Virus record (IMG/VR): IMGVR_UViG_3300003322_000089
Span: 1 to 64,000 of that record
Direction: 5' to 3' (one strand)
DNA: 64,000 nt
Origin: a virus
The position numbers were made by a program, and so were the translations under genes. The stretch's first letter is position 1. Every line of letters starts with the position of its first letter. Under the pieces are notes generated by a model. It was given only the letters and a program-made list of their open reading frames with translations, searched no databases and was not told where the DNA came from. Positions 34,122 through 44,620 of the stretch are shown one piece after another.

Positions 34122-34618
34122 CATTTGTAAGACTGAACCATATAGATAATAAATCTAGAAAATTTAATCTATACAAATGTGATTGTGGTAATGAAAAAGT
34201 TCTTCAACAGGCATTAGTCAGATCTGGAAATACAAGATCGTGTGGTTGTCTAGCCAGACAAGTGAAGGCATCACAAAGAATTTCTGACAATCACTCTGAA
34301 GTGACAGCTGTTATTTTAGGATATAAAACACACGCACTAAAACGCGGATATCTGTGGGATTTAACAAGAGAAGATGTTGAAAATTTAATATTTAAGGATT
34401 GTTATTATTGTAAATCTCCACCTAGTAACACAAAGAGAACTAAGAACTCTCTAGGTGAAGGTCTCAAGTATAACGGTATCGATAGGACAGATAACTCACA
34501 GGGGTATCACAAAGATAATTGTGTACCTTGTTGTAAAATCTGTAATAGGGCAAAAGGAGATCTGACAATTTTTGAATTTAACAATTGGTTGAAAAATTTA
34601 GCGGAGCAGTGGGGATGA
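34112..34618 (+). CDS. HNH endonuclease
   Basis: CDCG...CGC zinc cluster and GIDRTDNSQGYHKDNCVPCCKICNRAKG. Non-ATG start. Confidence 0.75.
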   Translation: MGLTFVRLNHIDNKSRKFNLYKCDCGNEKVLQQALVRSGNTRSCGCLARQVKASQRISDNHSEVTAVILGYKTHALKRGYLWDLTREDVENLIFKDCYYCKSPPSNTKRTKNSLGEGLKYNGIDRTDNSQGYHKDNCVPCCKICNRAKGDLTIFEFNNWLKNLAEQWG

Positions 34619-34824
34619 ACGGACAAGTTCGTATTGCATTCATGGGTTCCTTCTTGGGTAATCAAGAGGCTCAAGATTATAGAGATGAATTCTTTGATTT
34701 CTTCGGACAGGATGTAGAAAATGGTAATCTTGTTCTCTTGGAAGACACCATTCGATTTATCAATCAGCATTGGGTAGTTCGTATCCTCGCAGAAAATGCA
34801 CAGATGGAATTAGAACTTGAGTGA
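34615..34824 (+). CDS. Hypothetical protein
   Basis: ATGA overlap with the HNH stop. Confidence 0.5.
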   Translation: MNGQVRIAFMGSFLGNQEAQDYRDEFFDFFGQDVENGNLVLLEDTIRFINQHWVVRILAENAQMELELE

Positions 34825-35041
34825 CAATCCATATGATATCCAAGTTGGAGGCAGTCACTATAAGAACTTTGCAATTCAACCAGCAGAGTATATCAGGAAG
34901 AACAATCTAGGTTGGTTTGAAGCAAATGTAGTTAAGTATGTAACTAGACACAGATTTAAGAATAAGAGGCAGGATATCGAAAAGGCTATCCACATGCTTC
35001 AATGTATTCTTAAAGAGTATGATGATGGTGAACTAAAATGA
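34817..35041 (+). CDS. DUF3310-family protein
   Basis: VGGSHYKN..IQPAEYI...N.LGWFEANVVKYVTRH...DIEKAIHML pattern. Confidence 0.7.
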   Translation: MSDNPYDIQVGGSHYKNFAIQPAEYIRKNNLGWFEANVVKYVTRHRFKNKRQDIEKAIHMLQCILKEYDDGELK

Positions 35042-35565
35042 AAGATAATTTTGAAGACTTTATCCAACTATATTCAGGAAGGGCATTTCACTTTGGTAAT
35101 CCTCGCGAAGAGGAAGTCTACATTGAGGATATTGCACATGCTCTAAGTCTTTTATGTAGATTTGGTGGACACTGTAAGGAATTTTATAGTGTAGCAGATC
35201 ATAGTATTCGATGTGCTGAAAATGTTCCACGAGAATTCAAACTTGAGGCACTTCTCCACGATGCTACTGAAGCTTACTTAGTCGATATGCCACGACCGAT
35301 TAAGTACGCAATGAAAGAATATCGTATCATTGAAGATGGTATCGACAAAGTAATCCGAAAGAGATTCAATCTTCCAGAAGAAATGTCACCTGAAATCAAA
35401 GAAGTCGATGCGCGGATGCTTTCTACGGAACGAAGGGATCTAATGCAACCGTCTGAACTTGAATGGCATAAAATGTTAGAACCTATTGATCAAATCGTAT
35501 ATCCGAGATCTCCAAAAGAGTCTTACAACGATTTTATTAATCTCTTTTATGAACTAAGAATCTAA
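35038..35565 (+). CDS. HD-domain phosphohydrolase
   Basis: SVADHS...LLHDATEAYLVDMPRP (H...HD...D). Confidence 0.75.
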   Translation: MKDNFEDFIQLYSGRAFHFGNPREEEVYIEDIAHALSLLCRFGGHCKEFYSVADHSIRCAENVPREFKLEALLHDATEAYLVDMPRPIKYAMKEYRIIEDGIDKVIRKRFNLPEEMSPEIKEVDARMLSTERRDLMQPSELEWHKMLEPIDQIVYPRSPKESYNDFINLFYELRI

Positions 35566-35574
35566 AACGCAAAA

Positions 35575-35600
35575 GGCCCCGAAGGGGACTTCTTCCATTG
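35575..35600 (-). terminator. Putative intrinsic terminator for the minus-strand late operon
   Basis: The minus strand reads GUCCCC-UUC-GGGGCC followed by UUUUGCGUUUU. The stem is short with one mismatch. Confidence 0.45.
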
Positions 35601-35617
35601 GATTTCTCCTTTGGTTG

Positions 35618-35642
35618 AGGTTCCTTTCGGGGCCTTTTTTTT
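35618..35642 (+). terminator. Intrinsic terminator for the plus-strand arm
   Basis: AGGTTCC-TTTC-GGGGCCT (7-bp stem including 2 G.U pairs) followed by T8. It weakens on the opposite strand, where the G.U pairs become C.A. Confidence 0.75.
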
Positions 35643-38600
35643 ATTTCTGAATGTTAAGTTTTTCCATTTCGGTTTTTAATGCAGGTTTGAAATCACCTGT
35701 ACCGAACATGCCTGTATCATTACCTCTGGCACTACCATAAGCCTTCTCAGAGATGAGATTACTATTGGCTCTGGAGAAACCTCGACCGAAGTACTTATTA
35801 AGATACTTGGTAGTCTGATCATCCATAATACCATCAGCAATCTTCTTGGAGATCTCAGAGAACTGATCGGGATCTTCCATCATAGCATTCAAGAGTTGTG
35901 CCCTTTTAGCTCTAACCTGAGCGAGGCTTTCAACACCCATAGGAGTGGTGATCCTTCGGACCTTACTACCAGTTCTATTCAGAGGACCAAAGACAAGAGT
36001 CACAACAGACTGAAGTGCCTGTTCTGGATCTTCTGATCTGTTAATAGGACCAAGGACATCTCCATCCATTTTAGGAGTTTTCTTAGATAGATTGGTATAG
36101 ACATCTCTGACTTCATCAAGGGTTTTAATGATCTCAGGCTTATCAGAGAAGATTTCTTTCATGTTGGCAAGATCATTCCCACCTTCATCAAAGATCTTAT
36201 CTGCCTGGGTCTCAGAGATACGGAAACCACTCCTGACTTCACCATTAGGACCAGCAGAACCAATACCAAGAGAAGACCTACTCTGCACTCTATCACCCAG
36301 GTAATCTAGGTAAGTACCTTGCAAGGTCTCTCGGGCTTCTTTCTCCATACCAGCCTTTTGGGCTTCTTTCAGTATTCTCTGAACATTGGAGACAGAGTTC
36401 TTGTTCTTAAAGATACTCTTGAGTTCTGCACCTACTTCTGAAGGATTGAGAGCCTGACCATCACCCTTATAGATGAACCTACCGAGAATAGACGTTGAAG
36501 CTTCTTTACGAAGATCATCAGCCTGTCTCTTAATAGTCTCGTAGGCTTCAGTCTTGTTAAGGGAGATATTTTCCAATGTCTGCAATTTGGTTTCAAGCTG
36601 TCTTAGCTTACCTACCATAGGAGAATTTACTCCTTGCAGACCTTCGATAATACCCGAGATATTTGCCCTAAGTTGCCCCACACTTTGTTTGCTACCAGCA
36701 CTGACAGAATTAGTCAGATTGGTAATAGCACGAGTAGCATAGTAATTGGCTAGATCGCCATCGATGTTCTGTCCACCAGTCTTGGCTGCCCTCTGGAGAG
36801 CCTCGCGAAGAGGTTTACCATTGACACCATCTAGCTGTTGGATATGATTTCCGAAGGTAATATCCCAATTGGTTTTACCCTGTCCTGGACCTTCACCTGG
36901 ATCAAACTTCTCACCCTTAAGACGAGTTTCACCAGCCTTCTTAAGTCCTGCTGCCTCTGGCTCACCAAAAGTAGTCCTATACTTATTGTAGGCATCTTTG
37001 GCATTATCAACAAGTTTCTTGATACCTTCATCACCCTGTTGAGCAACGAAGTCAAGCTGTTCATTGTTGATGTTATCTCTCAGAGCATACAGAGAAGTAA
37101 GTCTACCAGAGTCACCAGAATTTAGAGATGCTCTAATCTGATCGTTAACTTCCTTACGAACATTGTTATAAATGTTACCAATGGATGGATCAGAGTTTAC
37201 CTGTTCTGCCACCTTCTTGAAGAATGGATCTTCGGCCATACCAGTGTTTTTAACTGTCTCAAGGAATGAAACAGGATCACCCTCAGCACCAGTATCACTA
37301 ATGGCTTTGTAGGCATTATCAGTATCAGTCTTAAGTTTCTTCAAGGATTGATAGGTCTTCTCAGACATCTTTCCGTGAACAAGATCATAGACCTGAGACT
37401 TGGAACCTAGTTCAGCATTAGCCTCTTCCATGAAGAGTTTGAACTCTGGATCATCAGAGATGCCTCTTTCAGAAGCAGCCTTAGCATCTTCCATCTCTTT
37501 ACGTGCAGTGTCTTCCATCATGTCTGCACCAGCAGTACGATCTAGTTGACGTTGTTCTGCCATTTGCCCAAGTTTACCCTGAGCCTGTTGAAGATTACCA
37601 CCGGCTGCTGCATTAGAACCTTCATCGAAGAGATCCTTGATCTTAGTTGCTGCAATAGCATTAGGATCATTAGAGGCAATAGCAGTTCTGATTTCAAACA
37701 GAGTCCTAGAGCTTTCATGTGCTCTATCAGCCACCCACTCATTGAATTCCTTCGTACCCATACTATCCTTGAGATTAGCATAGGCTGTACGATAGTAGTC
37801 CTGAGCAGCATCAGCAAAAGCAGATGGAGAGTCTAGTTTGATCTCTTTTCCTGCACCAGAAAGCTGGAAGTTCTTTACACCATTTCTCTGGATAGAGTCA
37901 GCAAGAGCTTTAATCTTGAATGCTGCATCTTCTGGAGCAAGAGTCGTAATGTTTGGGTCAATAGTGGTAAGAAGCTTTAGGCCAGCATTCTTATCTGACA
38001 TCTTAAGCACCTTACCGGGTTCAAGGCCATAGATGTTAACGTTACGAAGACCACCAATAGTCGGGCTAACAACCTTGTCTTTGATGACATTATACATCTT
38101 ACCGAAAGTACCAAGAGTACCAGCAATAACTGGACTATCGAACATGACAGAATAGTCATCTGCACGTTCTCTGGATACACCAAAGTTCCTCTGGATCCAC
38201 TCCGGATTTACTAGACCTTGTGAGTCGTTAGGGGCTACAATTGCATCTGCCAGACCCATCTTACCAGTGTTAACACCAAAGGATAGACCAACAAGCATAT
38301 TACGAGTAATACCATTAGCAGCCAGTCTAGCTTTAGCAGCAGAACCAGTAGCCTTCAGAGTAGTTTCATATGTGCTTTTAATCGCCTGTATAGCCTCAGG
38401 AGATAGCGTTTGGGCTGCTTTGCCTGCTGCACCTAGGGCAACACCTGCACCCGTCTGGGCGGCCTTCCCAAGAGCCATAGGACCAACAATGAAAGTGGTC
38501 ATGTCGGTTACGAACTTTTCACCAGCCTCATTAGGTACTGTCTCTGGCATACTACGGCCAATGGCCCCTTCACCGGTGAGCTTGCCTTCAGTTACAAAGT

Positions 38601-39279
38601 CACCAACACCACCTACAATATTCTGGAGAACCTGATAACCCATACGTTGAATGGTGTCCATATTCGGTGGGTCCACCAAGTAACGAGTAGAGACCATTGC
38701 AGGGTTTTCGGGACTCTCTGGTTTACTCGGGTCGAATGCAGGATTGTTTTCCCTCCTCGCCTGAGTACGTACAGGAATAATACCACCAAGCATAGTATCA
38801 GCTTGACCGGTATTACCGAATTGAGTTTCTCTTTCCTTTTCTCGTTCCATCCTGAGTTTTTCAAGTTCAGGTGGCATACGGAATTCACCGAAATGTTCTC
38901 CAAAAGGGTTGAGACCTGTACCAATAGAATAGGTAGCACTTTCGTTGGTCAGAGCATCTCTAAAACGAAGATTGAGGCCATTCTTATAAGCAAAAGAATT
39001 CTCGTAATCTTCGAGAGGCTTATACTTGTCCTGACTATTTACAGGGGAATAGATTTCAGATTGAGATTGGACAACACCCTGTTCAGGCATTGGCAGAGGA
39101 GCGTCAAACTCCCCCTGTTCTCTCATCTTATTGAGTTCATCATTGATGTCACCACCCTGCATCCAGTTCCTATTATTTATGGAGGGGGTCGGTTGGAACT
39201 TGGAGAAGGGATTTTCATCATTAGTGTTTTGAGTTGGAGATGCAGGAACAGGTTTGAATTTAGCGAAAGGATTATCCAT
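35641..39279 (-). CDS. Large internal virion / DNA-ejection protein (1212 aa)
   Basis: Longest ORF, at the distal end of the structural arm. Ala/Gly-rich and coiled-coil regions. Called by position and size only. Confidence 0.55.
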   Translation of the reverse strand: MDNPFAKFKPVPASPTQNTNDENPFSKFQPTPSINNRNWMQGGDINDELNKMREQGEFDAPLPMPEQGVVQSQSEIYSPVNSQDKYKPLEDYENSFAYKNGLNLRFRDALTNESATYSIGTGLNPFGEHFGEFRMPPELEKLRMEREKERETQFGNTGQADTMLGGIIPVRTQARRENNPAFDPSKPESPENPAMVSTRYLVDPPNMDTIQRMGYQVLQNIVGGVGDFVTEGKLTGEGAIGRSMPETVPNEAGEKFVTDMTTFIVGPMALGKAAQTGAGVALGAAGKAAQTLSPEAIQAIKSTYETTLKATGSAAKARLAANGITRNMLVGLSFGVNTGKMGLADAIVAPNDSQGLVNPEWIQRNFGVSRERADDYSVMFDSPVIAGTLGTFGKMYNVIKDKVVSPTIGGLRNVNIYGLEPGKVLKMSDKNAGLKLLTTIDPNITTLAPEDAAFKIKALADSIQRNGVKNFQLSGAGKEIKLDSPSAFADAAQDYYRTAYANLKDSMGTKEFNEWVADRAHESSRTLFEIRTAIASNDPNAIAATKIKDLFDEGSNAAAGGNLQQAQGKLGQMAEQRQLDRTAGADMMEDTARKEMEDAKAASERGISDDPEFKLFMEEANAELGSKSQVYDLVHGKMSEKTYQSLKKLKTDTDNAYKAISDTGAEGDPVSFLETVKNTGMAEDPFFKKVAEQVNSDPSIGNIYNNVRKEVNDQIRASLNSGDSGRLTSLYALRDNINNEQLDFVAQQGDEGIKKLVDNAKDAYNKYRTTFGEPEAAGLKKAGETRLKGEKFDPGEGPGQGKTNWDITFGNHIQQLDGVNGKPLREALQRAAKTGGQNIDGDLANYYATRAITNLTNSVSAGSKQSVGQLRANISGIIEGLQGVNSPMVGKLRQLETKLQTLENISLNKTEAYETIKRQADDLRKEASTSILGRFIYKGDGQALNPSEVGAELKSIFKNKNSVSNVQRILKEAQKAGMEKEARETLQGTYLDYLGDRVQSRSSLGIGSAGPNGEVRSGFRISETQADKIFDEGGNDLANMKEIFSDKPEIIKTLDEVRDVYTNLSKKTPKMDGDVLGPINRSEDPEQALQSVVTLVFGPLNRTGSKVRRITTPMGVESLAQVRAKRAQLLNAMMEDPDQFSEISKKIADGIMDDQTTKYLNKYFGRGFSRANSNLISEKAYGSARGNDTGMFGTGDFKPALKTEMEKLNIQK

Positions 39280-41105
39280 TACTTACCTCCTGTACCAAGA
39301 ATCCTATCTGCGGCTCCCTTACCAAATTGCTGATCGAAGAAGTCTTTCGTTCTCTGATCTGGACGACCCTTAAGAATAGTTATAGCCTCATCTGGAATTA
39401 TAAGACCATTGAACTCTATACCACTAGGTACCTGTTGCTGTTGATCCTGTTGTTGGATAGATGAACCAGTTTCAGTCTGACCTTGAGCATAAGTCTTATT
39501 GAGATTTCCAAGATAGGACATAAGATTTCTCTTCTGTTCTTCAGGGATATCCATCTCCATGATCTGATCACCAATACGCTTACCCCTGAGACCAGTATTC
39601 AGCTTCTTGCCGTCTGGAGTACGATATCTATTTTCAAAATCGGCAACAGAGGGGTTGTTATTAAGCTGATTCAGAGTGCTCTGGAGTTTGAGGAATGCAC
39701 CTTGCATCTGACTATTAAGAGTCGGAATGATCAGTTTAGGATCGCTGGAGCTACCAATAATCTCCATTGCATTAGCAAGATCTTGGTTGGACACTTTATT
39801 ATCTGTCGCGGTAGCTTGGGCTACTTGATATGCGGTCTGCATCTGAAGGGAGCGGAACTTAGCTGCGTTGACGGCCTTCTGTTGGTTCTTATCTGAAAGG
39901 ACACCCCGTTCAAGGAACTTTTCTACTTGTTCAGCATGGGCTGCAATATCTGCTTCAAGACCTTCAGTCTTACCACTCTGGATACGAGAATTGATGTTGT
40001 TCTCCATATCGGTGAGTGCCTTGTAAGCTGCCTGAGCCTCACCAGAGAGAGACTCAATGAGACCAAGACCTTTCGAGGACATGGTAGCCGCATCTGGATC
40101 ATCATGGAGAATCTGAGCCATTTGTTGAGATGAGTGCAGTGCACCAATAAACGATTGGGATGCTGCACTAAAGTCCTTGGAATTCTTACCGAAATCGTCA
40201 GTAAGCTGATTCAGACGCTTGATACCATCATCATCCATACGCATGACAGGACCAGAAACAAGCTGAGGATGCATCGGATCTACTACGTTATAGAGACCAT
40301 CTTCACGCATCTCACCAGGAATCTGTGCACCGATAGTACCATCTGGATTAACGGAAAGATATGTGGATACATTCTTACCATTTGCTATAGCCTCTTGCTT
40401 AGCCTTCTCAGACATGATACGTTGATGGATTTCTACCTTATCCTGAGCTGCTCTGATACGGGCGGGGTCCTTCGATGCCTTAGCCTGATTGAGTTCCCAA
40501 AGAACATCACCGTAGTCACCAATCTTATATTCATTCTTGGGTTTAAGGACATACTTGGAATTGGCATCATCAGCTGTCGTAGTGATATTGTCATCCGTAA
40601 TTGTTTCTTTTCGGAGCGAAGGATCAATGGAGTCAATTCTCTTATTGATATTCTCCATAGTACGGTCATAGGAACGCTGCTTACCCTTGGCCAAAAGACC
40701 GGAACCGTCTGGCTGCATAGGATTAACATCGGCATCATAGGTCATATCGACAGCTCTCGGAACCTTGACAGTCTGAGTAGGTGCCTTCCAATTCTCATTC
40801 TTCTGATACTGACCTTCAAGCACTCTCTTTTGTACTGTTTCATAAGAAACACCATTAGAGAGTTCTCTGTACATAACAGAGGCAGCATCTGGATCACCAA
40901 GCTGAGCAGCAAGGTCCTGAGCCTTCTTGGAGTTTTCAGTCTCCTCAAACTTTCTCTTATCTCGCTTTTCTTTCTGTTGCATAAGATTATCCATCTTATA
41001 CTTGAAGATTAGATTCTCTTGATCTGCATCCTGCTCTTCAGTACGAGCACGAGCAGCATTAAATGCTTGAGCAAATCCACTTAGAAATGTTTGACCTTCA
41101 GCCAT
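39279..41105 (-). CDS. Internal virion protein (608 aa)
   Basis: Long ORF abutting the 1212-aa gene. Coiled-coil and Q-rich. Confidence 0.5.
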   Translation of the reverse strand: MAEGQTFLSGFAQAFNAARARTEEQDADQENLIFKYKMDNLMQQKEKRDKRKFEETENSKKAQDLAAQLGDPDAASVMYRELSNGVSYETVQKRVLEGQYQKNENWKAPTQTVKVPRAVDMTYDADVNPMQPDGSGLLAKGKQRSYDRTMENINKRIDSIDPSLRKETITDDNITTTADDANSKYVLKPKNEYKIGDYGDVLWELNQAKASKDPARIRAAQDKVEIHQRIMSEKAKQEAIANGKNVSTYLSVNPDGTIGAQIPGEMREDGLYNVVDPMHPQLVSGPVMRMDDDGIKRLNQLTDDFGKNSKDFSAASQSFIGALHSSQQMAQILHDDPDAATMSSKGLGLIESLSGEAQAAYKALTDMENNINSRIQSGKTEGLEADIAAHAEQVEKFLERGVLSDKNQQKAVNAAKFRSLQMQTAYQVAQATATDNKVSNQDLANAMEIIGSSSDPKLIIPTLNSQMQGAFLKLQSTLNQLNNNPSVADFENRYRTPDGKKLNTGLRGKRIGDQIMEMDIPEEQKRNLMSYLGNLNKTYAQGQTETGSSIQQQDQQQQVPSGIEFNGLIIPDEAITILKGRPDQRTKDFFDQQFGKGAADRILGTGGK

Positions 41106-41117
41106 CTCTGTCTATCC

Positions 41118-41669
41118 TTATTTAGTTTCTGGTTTCTTCTGACCTTCAGAAGGATTACCACTTGTCATTGCCATGAAGCCCTGATTTTTAAGATCACCTT
41201 CCTGCTCTTCTCCAGAAGCCTGTTCGGTTTCTTCTTTCAGTTCGGGGAGTTCTTCTTCAATCAATTTCATGGACTTGGGCATTTTCATTTCATTATCATG
41301 TTTGAAGTAATTACCTGTAGAGAAATCATCCTCTTCATCATAAATACCAAGATCGTAGTCTACATCAAATCCGATACACATAAGTTCAATCATACGGGTC
41401 ACAGGACCTGCGAGGATGAGTGCAAAGTCAGGAGTCCACTTACCTTCACCAACCCCGGAAATAAGAACAAAGTTGGCAACCTTATAAAGCGGCATTCCCA
41501 TTTCAGCCATGGTTAAAAGACCGTTAGCTACTTTAAACTGGGTGATACGACCAGATAGGTAGTCCAGAGCATCGTCAATATCAGCGAACTCCGGGGGTTG
41601 ACGCCAAGGGTAGTTCTTAGTATCAGAAGTGTAATTTTCTCCAGGAATAGGTCCTGCATTAACTGCCAT
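41118..41669 (-). CDS. Virion-associated protein (183 aa)
   Basis: ORF in the structural arm with an acidic C-terminus. Confidence 0.5.
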   Translation of the reverse strand: MAVNAGPIPGENYTSDTKNYPWRQPPEFADIDDALDYLSGRITQFKVANGLLTMAEMGMPLYKVANFVLISGVGEGKWTPDFALILAGPVTRMIELMCIGFDVDYDLGIYDEEDDFSTGNYFKHDNEMKMPKSMKLIEEELPELKEETEQASGEEQEGDLKNQGFMAMTSGNPSEGQKKPETK

Positions 41670-41671
41670 GA

Positions 41672-41881
41672 TTATTCTTCTCCCTCAGACATTTCTTCCG
41701 GATCGTTCTTTTCTTTTTTCTTAGAAAGTTTCTTCTTAGATTTCCTAAGTTCTTCTTCATAACGATCAAAGAATTCTGTGTTATGTCTCACCTTCTTGCC
41801 GGTAGATTTCTCATAGTTTTCGAAACCAGCCTTCTCATAGAAAGCAAGAACTGACTTTTTAATTGCTTCATCCAAATCCAT
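41672..41881 (-). CDS. Small K/E-rich protein
   Basis: Listed ORF, tightly packed. Confidence 0.5.
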   Translation of the reverse strand: MDLDEAIKKSVLAFYEKAGFENYEKSTGKKVRHNTEFFDRYEEELRKSKKKLSKKKEKNDPEEMSEGEE

Positions 41882-41888
41882 ATATCAC

Positions 41889-43400
41889 CTATCCAAACAA
41901 ACCAGAGGCAAGATTTTCGAAAGTCTTAGAACCCAAGAAGCCACCAGCAATAGATCCAAGTGCAGCAGCATTTGCACCCTTTCTAGCCTGTTTAGCTTGC
42001 ATAGTAGCCAGAGCAAGACTAGCAGCCCTGTCTTTATCACCCTCAGTGGATTTAAATGCATAATCCAACATACTGTCTGCTCTATCCCAAAGCTGATTAA
42101 GCTGATTGACAGAGATGTCGAGCATATTCTTTACATCAGTGGTAGCTGCTTCATACTTCTGTTGATCGTCCTGAAGCTGTACCTGCTGTCTCCAGTTGGC
42201 GTTGGCTACTGCGATATTATACTGCTGTTCAGAGTAGAATTTCTGACGAGAGTCTTCCATACTGGAATTGAACTTATCGGCATCTTGCGTCTGGGCTGCA
42301 TTAAATTGAGCAATCTGAGTATTCATAGATGCGTAAAATTGGTCTGTCTCATTCTTGCTCTCAGCATTAAATTGAGCAGCTACATTCTTGGCATTGGCAT
42401 CAGAAAGGATACTCTGGATACGTGCTTGGTTGTTAATAACGGCAGCTTGCTGTTCATTATCCAAATTCTTCATATCCATAGCAAGGAATGCTTGGGAATT
42501 CTGAACCGCCGCAGTCATTCGGTTATCGAGATTAATCTCTTCGAACTTCGCAAGAACATTAGCTGCGTTAATCGTAGCCTGTTGTTTGTTATCGAGGTTC
42601 TTAATCGTTAGTGTCTGAAAGAACTGTGCGTCTTGCTGTGCAATCGGAAGACTTGCCTCAAGTAGTGCCTGAGACATAGCAGCCGTTGCAGCAGTACCGG
42701 TCATACCAGAGAAAGCAGCGATCTTAGAGACATTCCTAGCAGTGGCAGCAGCCCACGAAGGGATCTTAGGTTCACCAGTAGCAGGGTCTACAAACTGCTC
42801 TTGGAGAAGAGCGATCTGGCCCTGTAGTGTTGCTTTACTATCCGTATAGTTACCTTCACCGAGCTGTTGAGCAAGAAGTTTACCCGCACTGGTAGAGGTA
42901 TCGATAATGTTAGAAATGTTCTGAGAAGCATACTGTTGGAGCTTCTGACCTAATTCATTGACAGAGCCGTCTTTATTGACACCAGTGGCAATACCAGTAG
43001 TATCAGCCTGTGGAACATCCTTAATCTGAGCCTGATCGGATACTTCACCCTTTGCCCCAGTCATCTGGTTATTCTTCACAGACTCTTCAGTCTGGGCAGC
43101 TTCATAGGTGTTGGCGTCTTTAGGATTTACTTGATCGACCTTACTTGGATCAACTGTAGGAGTATCACCAAGTTTAAGATTAGGATCATTAGCATCTACT
43201 TGAGCAGCCTGTCCAGTCTGACTAGGATCTTTTAGTGCACCTTGAACAGATGTACCCTGAGTCTCATTTACTAGAGTCGAGCCACCACTGTTTACTATAT
43301 CGCTGGCATAGTCTGCGATGTTTCCAGGTAGAATTCGGTCAGTACCGCTCTGAGTCGAATGGAGCTGATCGTAGAGTTCAGTTTCATAAGCATTAGCCAT
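41889..43400 (-). CDS. Internal virion protein (503 aa, Q/N/A-rich coiled coil)
   Basis: Long ORF. The C-terminal GSIAGGFLGS is a glycine-zipper-like segment. Confidence 0.5.
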   Translation of the reverse strand: MANAYETELYDQLHSTQSGTDRILPGNIADYASDIVNSGGSTLVNETQGTSVQGALKDPSQTGQAAQVDANDPNLKLGDTPTVDPSKVDQVNPKDANTYEAAQTEESVKNNQMTGAKGEVSDQAQIKDVPQADTTGIATGVNKDGSVNELGQKLQQYASQNISNIIDTSTSAGKLLAQQLGEGNYTDSKATLQGQIALLQEQFVDPATGEPKIPSWAAATARNVSKIAAFSGMTGTAATAAMSQALLEASLPIAQQDAQFFQTLTIKNLDNKQQATINAANVLAKFEEINLDNRMTAAVQNSQAFLAMDMKNLDNEQQAAVINNQARIQSILSDANAKNVAAQFNAESKNETDQFYASMNTQIAQFNAAQTQDADKFNSSMEDSRQKFYSEQQYNIAVANANWRQQVQLQDDQQKYEAATTDVKNMLDISVNQLNQLWDRADSMLDYAFKSTEGDKDRAASLALATMQAKQARKGANAAALGSIAGGFLGSKTFENLASGLFG

Positions 43401-43680
43401 TCTTTACTCCATCCAACTCAATTCGTGCTTTGTGTTTGTTATAGCATTCAACAAGATTTTTCCTGTCCTTACCCCAGTACTTCTCTTCTTCATCTTTAGT
43501 CAATGTCCTCTCAGGAAGTATAATCGGTAGATTACAGAGTTCTTTAATCTTGGAATCGATAACCTTCTTGGGGGGATTAGAGGTAATCACAACCTTACCT
43601 GATCCTGTTGAGACGCATGACGCGAGACTTACCAATACCAGGCTCATCCCTATCAGGCTCTTTAGAAGCTTGTTCCTCAT
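43393..43680 (-). CDS. Outer-membrane spanin subunit (lipoprotein)
   Basis: Signal peptide plus lipobox LASC. Overlaps the 3' end of the i-spanin gene in another frame. Confidence 0.75.
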   Translation of the reverse strand: MRNKLLKSLIGMSLVLVSLASCVSTGSGKVVITSNPPKKVIDSKIKELCNLPIILPERTLTKDEEEKYWGKDRKNLVECYNKHKARIELDGVKNG

Positions 43681-43939
43681 TTTCCCTCATGACCTTCTCT
43701 AGTTCAGTATTCTTTGTTCTTAGATTATTAAGGAGTTTATCCTGTAGTTCTACAAATCGATCGTGTTCGTCTTTTTGTTTCTTCAGAAGTTCAGCAGACT
43801 TAAGATTAATCTCGGAAATCTCCTTGATATATTTAGTTTCTGCCCTTGAATATCCAAAGTCATATATCTTATAACTAATGAAACTCAAAACGACCAGAGC
43901 GAAGACACCTATAATGGGGTAGAGATACTGTTTAATCAT
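43595..43939 (-). CDS. Inner-membrane spanin subunit
   Basis: N-terminal TM segment (YPIIGVFALVVLSFISY) followed by coiled coil. ATGA overlap with the endolysin stop. Confidence 0.7.
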   Translation of the reverse strand: MIKQYLYPIIGVFALVVLSFISYKIYDFGYSRAETKYIKEISEINLKSAELLKKQKDEHDRFVELQDKLLNNLRTKNTELEKVMRENEEQASKEPDRDEPGIGKSRVMRLNRIR

Positions 43940-44409
43940 AGACCAGATAAACAAAATTCCCTCTCCTTTTCTCGTCTTTTGACAAGACCTTTGACGACTT
44001 TACCACCGGCTTTATTGAAGTTCAAAAGATAGCTGCAGGCTTCTCTGATTTTTCCTGCATTGACTAGACGTTTCATATTACCATTACAGAAACCACCAGT
44101 GCCGATATTATAAGTCAGAGAGACAAATGCGATATAAGGCTTATCAGGGATACTGTCAGGATTTTTAAGACATGCTCTCATACCGTCTTCGTGTTCAGCG
44201 AGTTCGTCTATGAACTTCTGGTCACACTCGGCTTTCGTGAAAGTCATACCCTTCTTGATACCCTTGGTGGCACCGTAGCAAGCAGTCCATACACCAATGA
44301 CATCGGGATAGGCTTTTGAACTATATCCCTCGAAACCACCCACAAGGGCGATAGCCATTGCACCGGCGGCAGTGATACCTATACCAGCTTTCCTAAACCT
44401 ACTTGCCAT
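43936..44409 (-). CDS. Endolysin, GH24 lysozyme with N-terminal SAR (signal-arrest-release) segment
   Basis: The catalytic E-x8-D-x5-T triad in GFEGYSSKAYPDVIGVWT. Weakly hydrophobic Gly/Ala-rich N-terminus GIGITAAGAMAIALVGG. Confidence 0.85.
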   Translation of the reverse strand: MASRFRKAGIGITAAGAMAIALVGGFEGYSSKAYPDVIGVWTACYGATKGIKKGMTFTKAECDQKFIDELAEHEDGMRACLKNPDSIPDKPYIAFVSLTYNIGTGGFCNGNMKRLVNAGKIREACSYLLNFNKAGGKVVKGLVKRREKEREFCLSGL

Positions 44410-44620
44410 CTTTGAAATCCTTCTGTGAGATAATCTGGGCTAAATTAGAGAACAACCCTACGATCATAGAGAGGGCAAGAAAGATACCTCTTGGGATTTC
44501 AAGCATCTGATCGATAATAGGTAGTGCCAATTCACACAAACCAAGTAAAAGAGCGAGAAGATCAATTCGAATACTCCACGCTTTCAGTAGAAATTTCTTC
44601 CAATCTTCTCGCAATATCAT
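44399..44620 (-). CDS. Holin (pinholin-like, 2 TM segments)
   Basis: 73 aa with two TM segments and a charged C-terminus, immediately upstream of the SAR endolysin. Confidence 0.6.
   Translation of the reverse strand: MILREDWKKFLLKAWSIRIDLLALLLGLCELALPIIDQMLEIPRGIFLALSMIVGLFSNLAQIISQKDFKDGK

Noticed and set aside
40134-41012. Long plus-strand ORFs inside minus-strand structural genes, and minus-strand ORFs inside plus-strand genes. Examples: 40134..41012, 38647..39333, 41997..42611, 50413..50907, 55547..55936, 9113..9601, 11669..12181, 11883..12299, 32731..33234.
   Set aside because: These are shadow ORFs antisense to much longer genes with recognisable motifs. Their translations are low-complexity or Cys/Leu/Ile-rich and have no start context.
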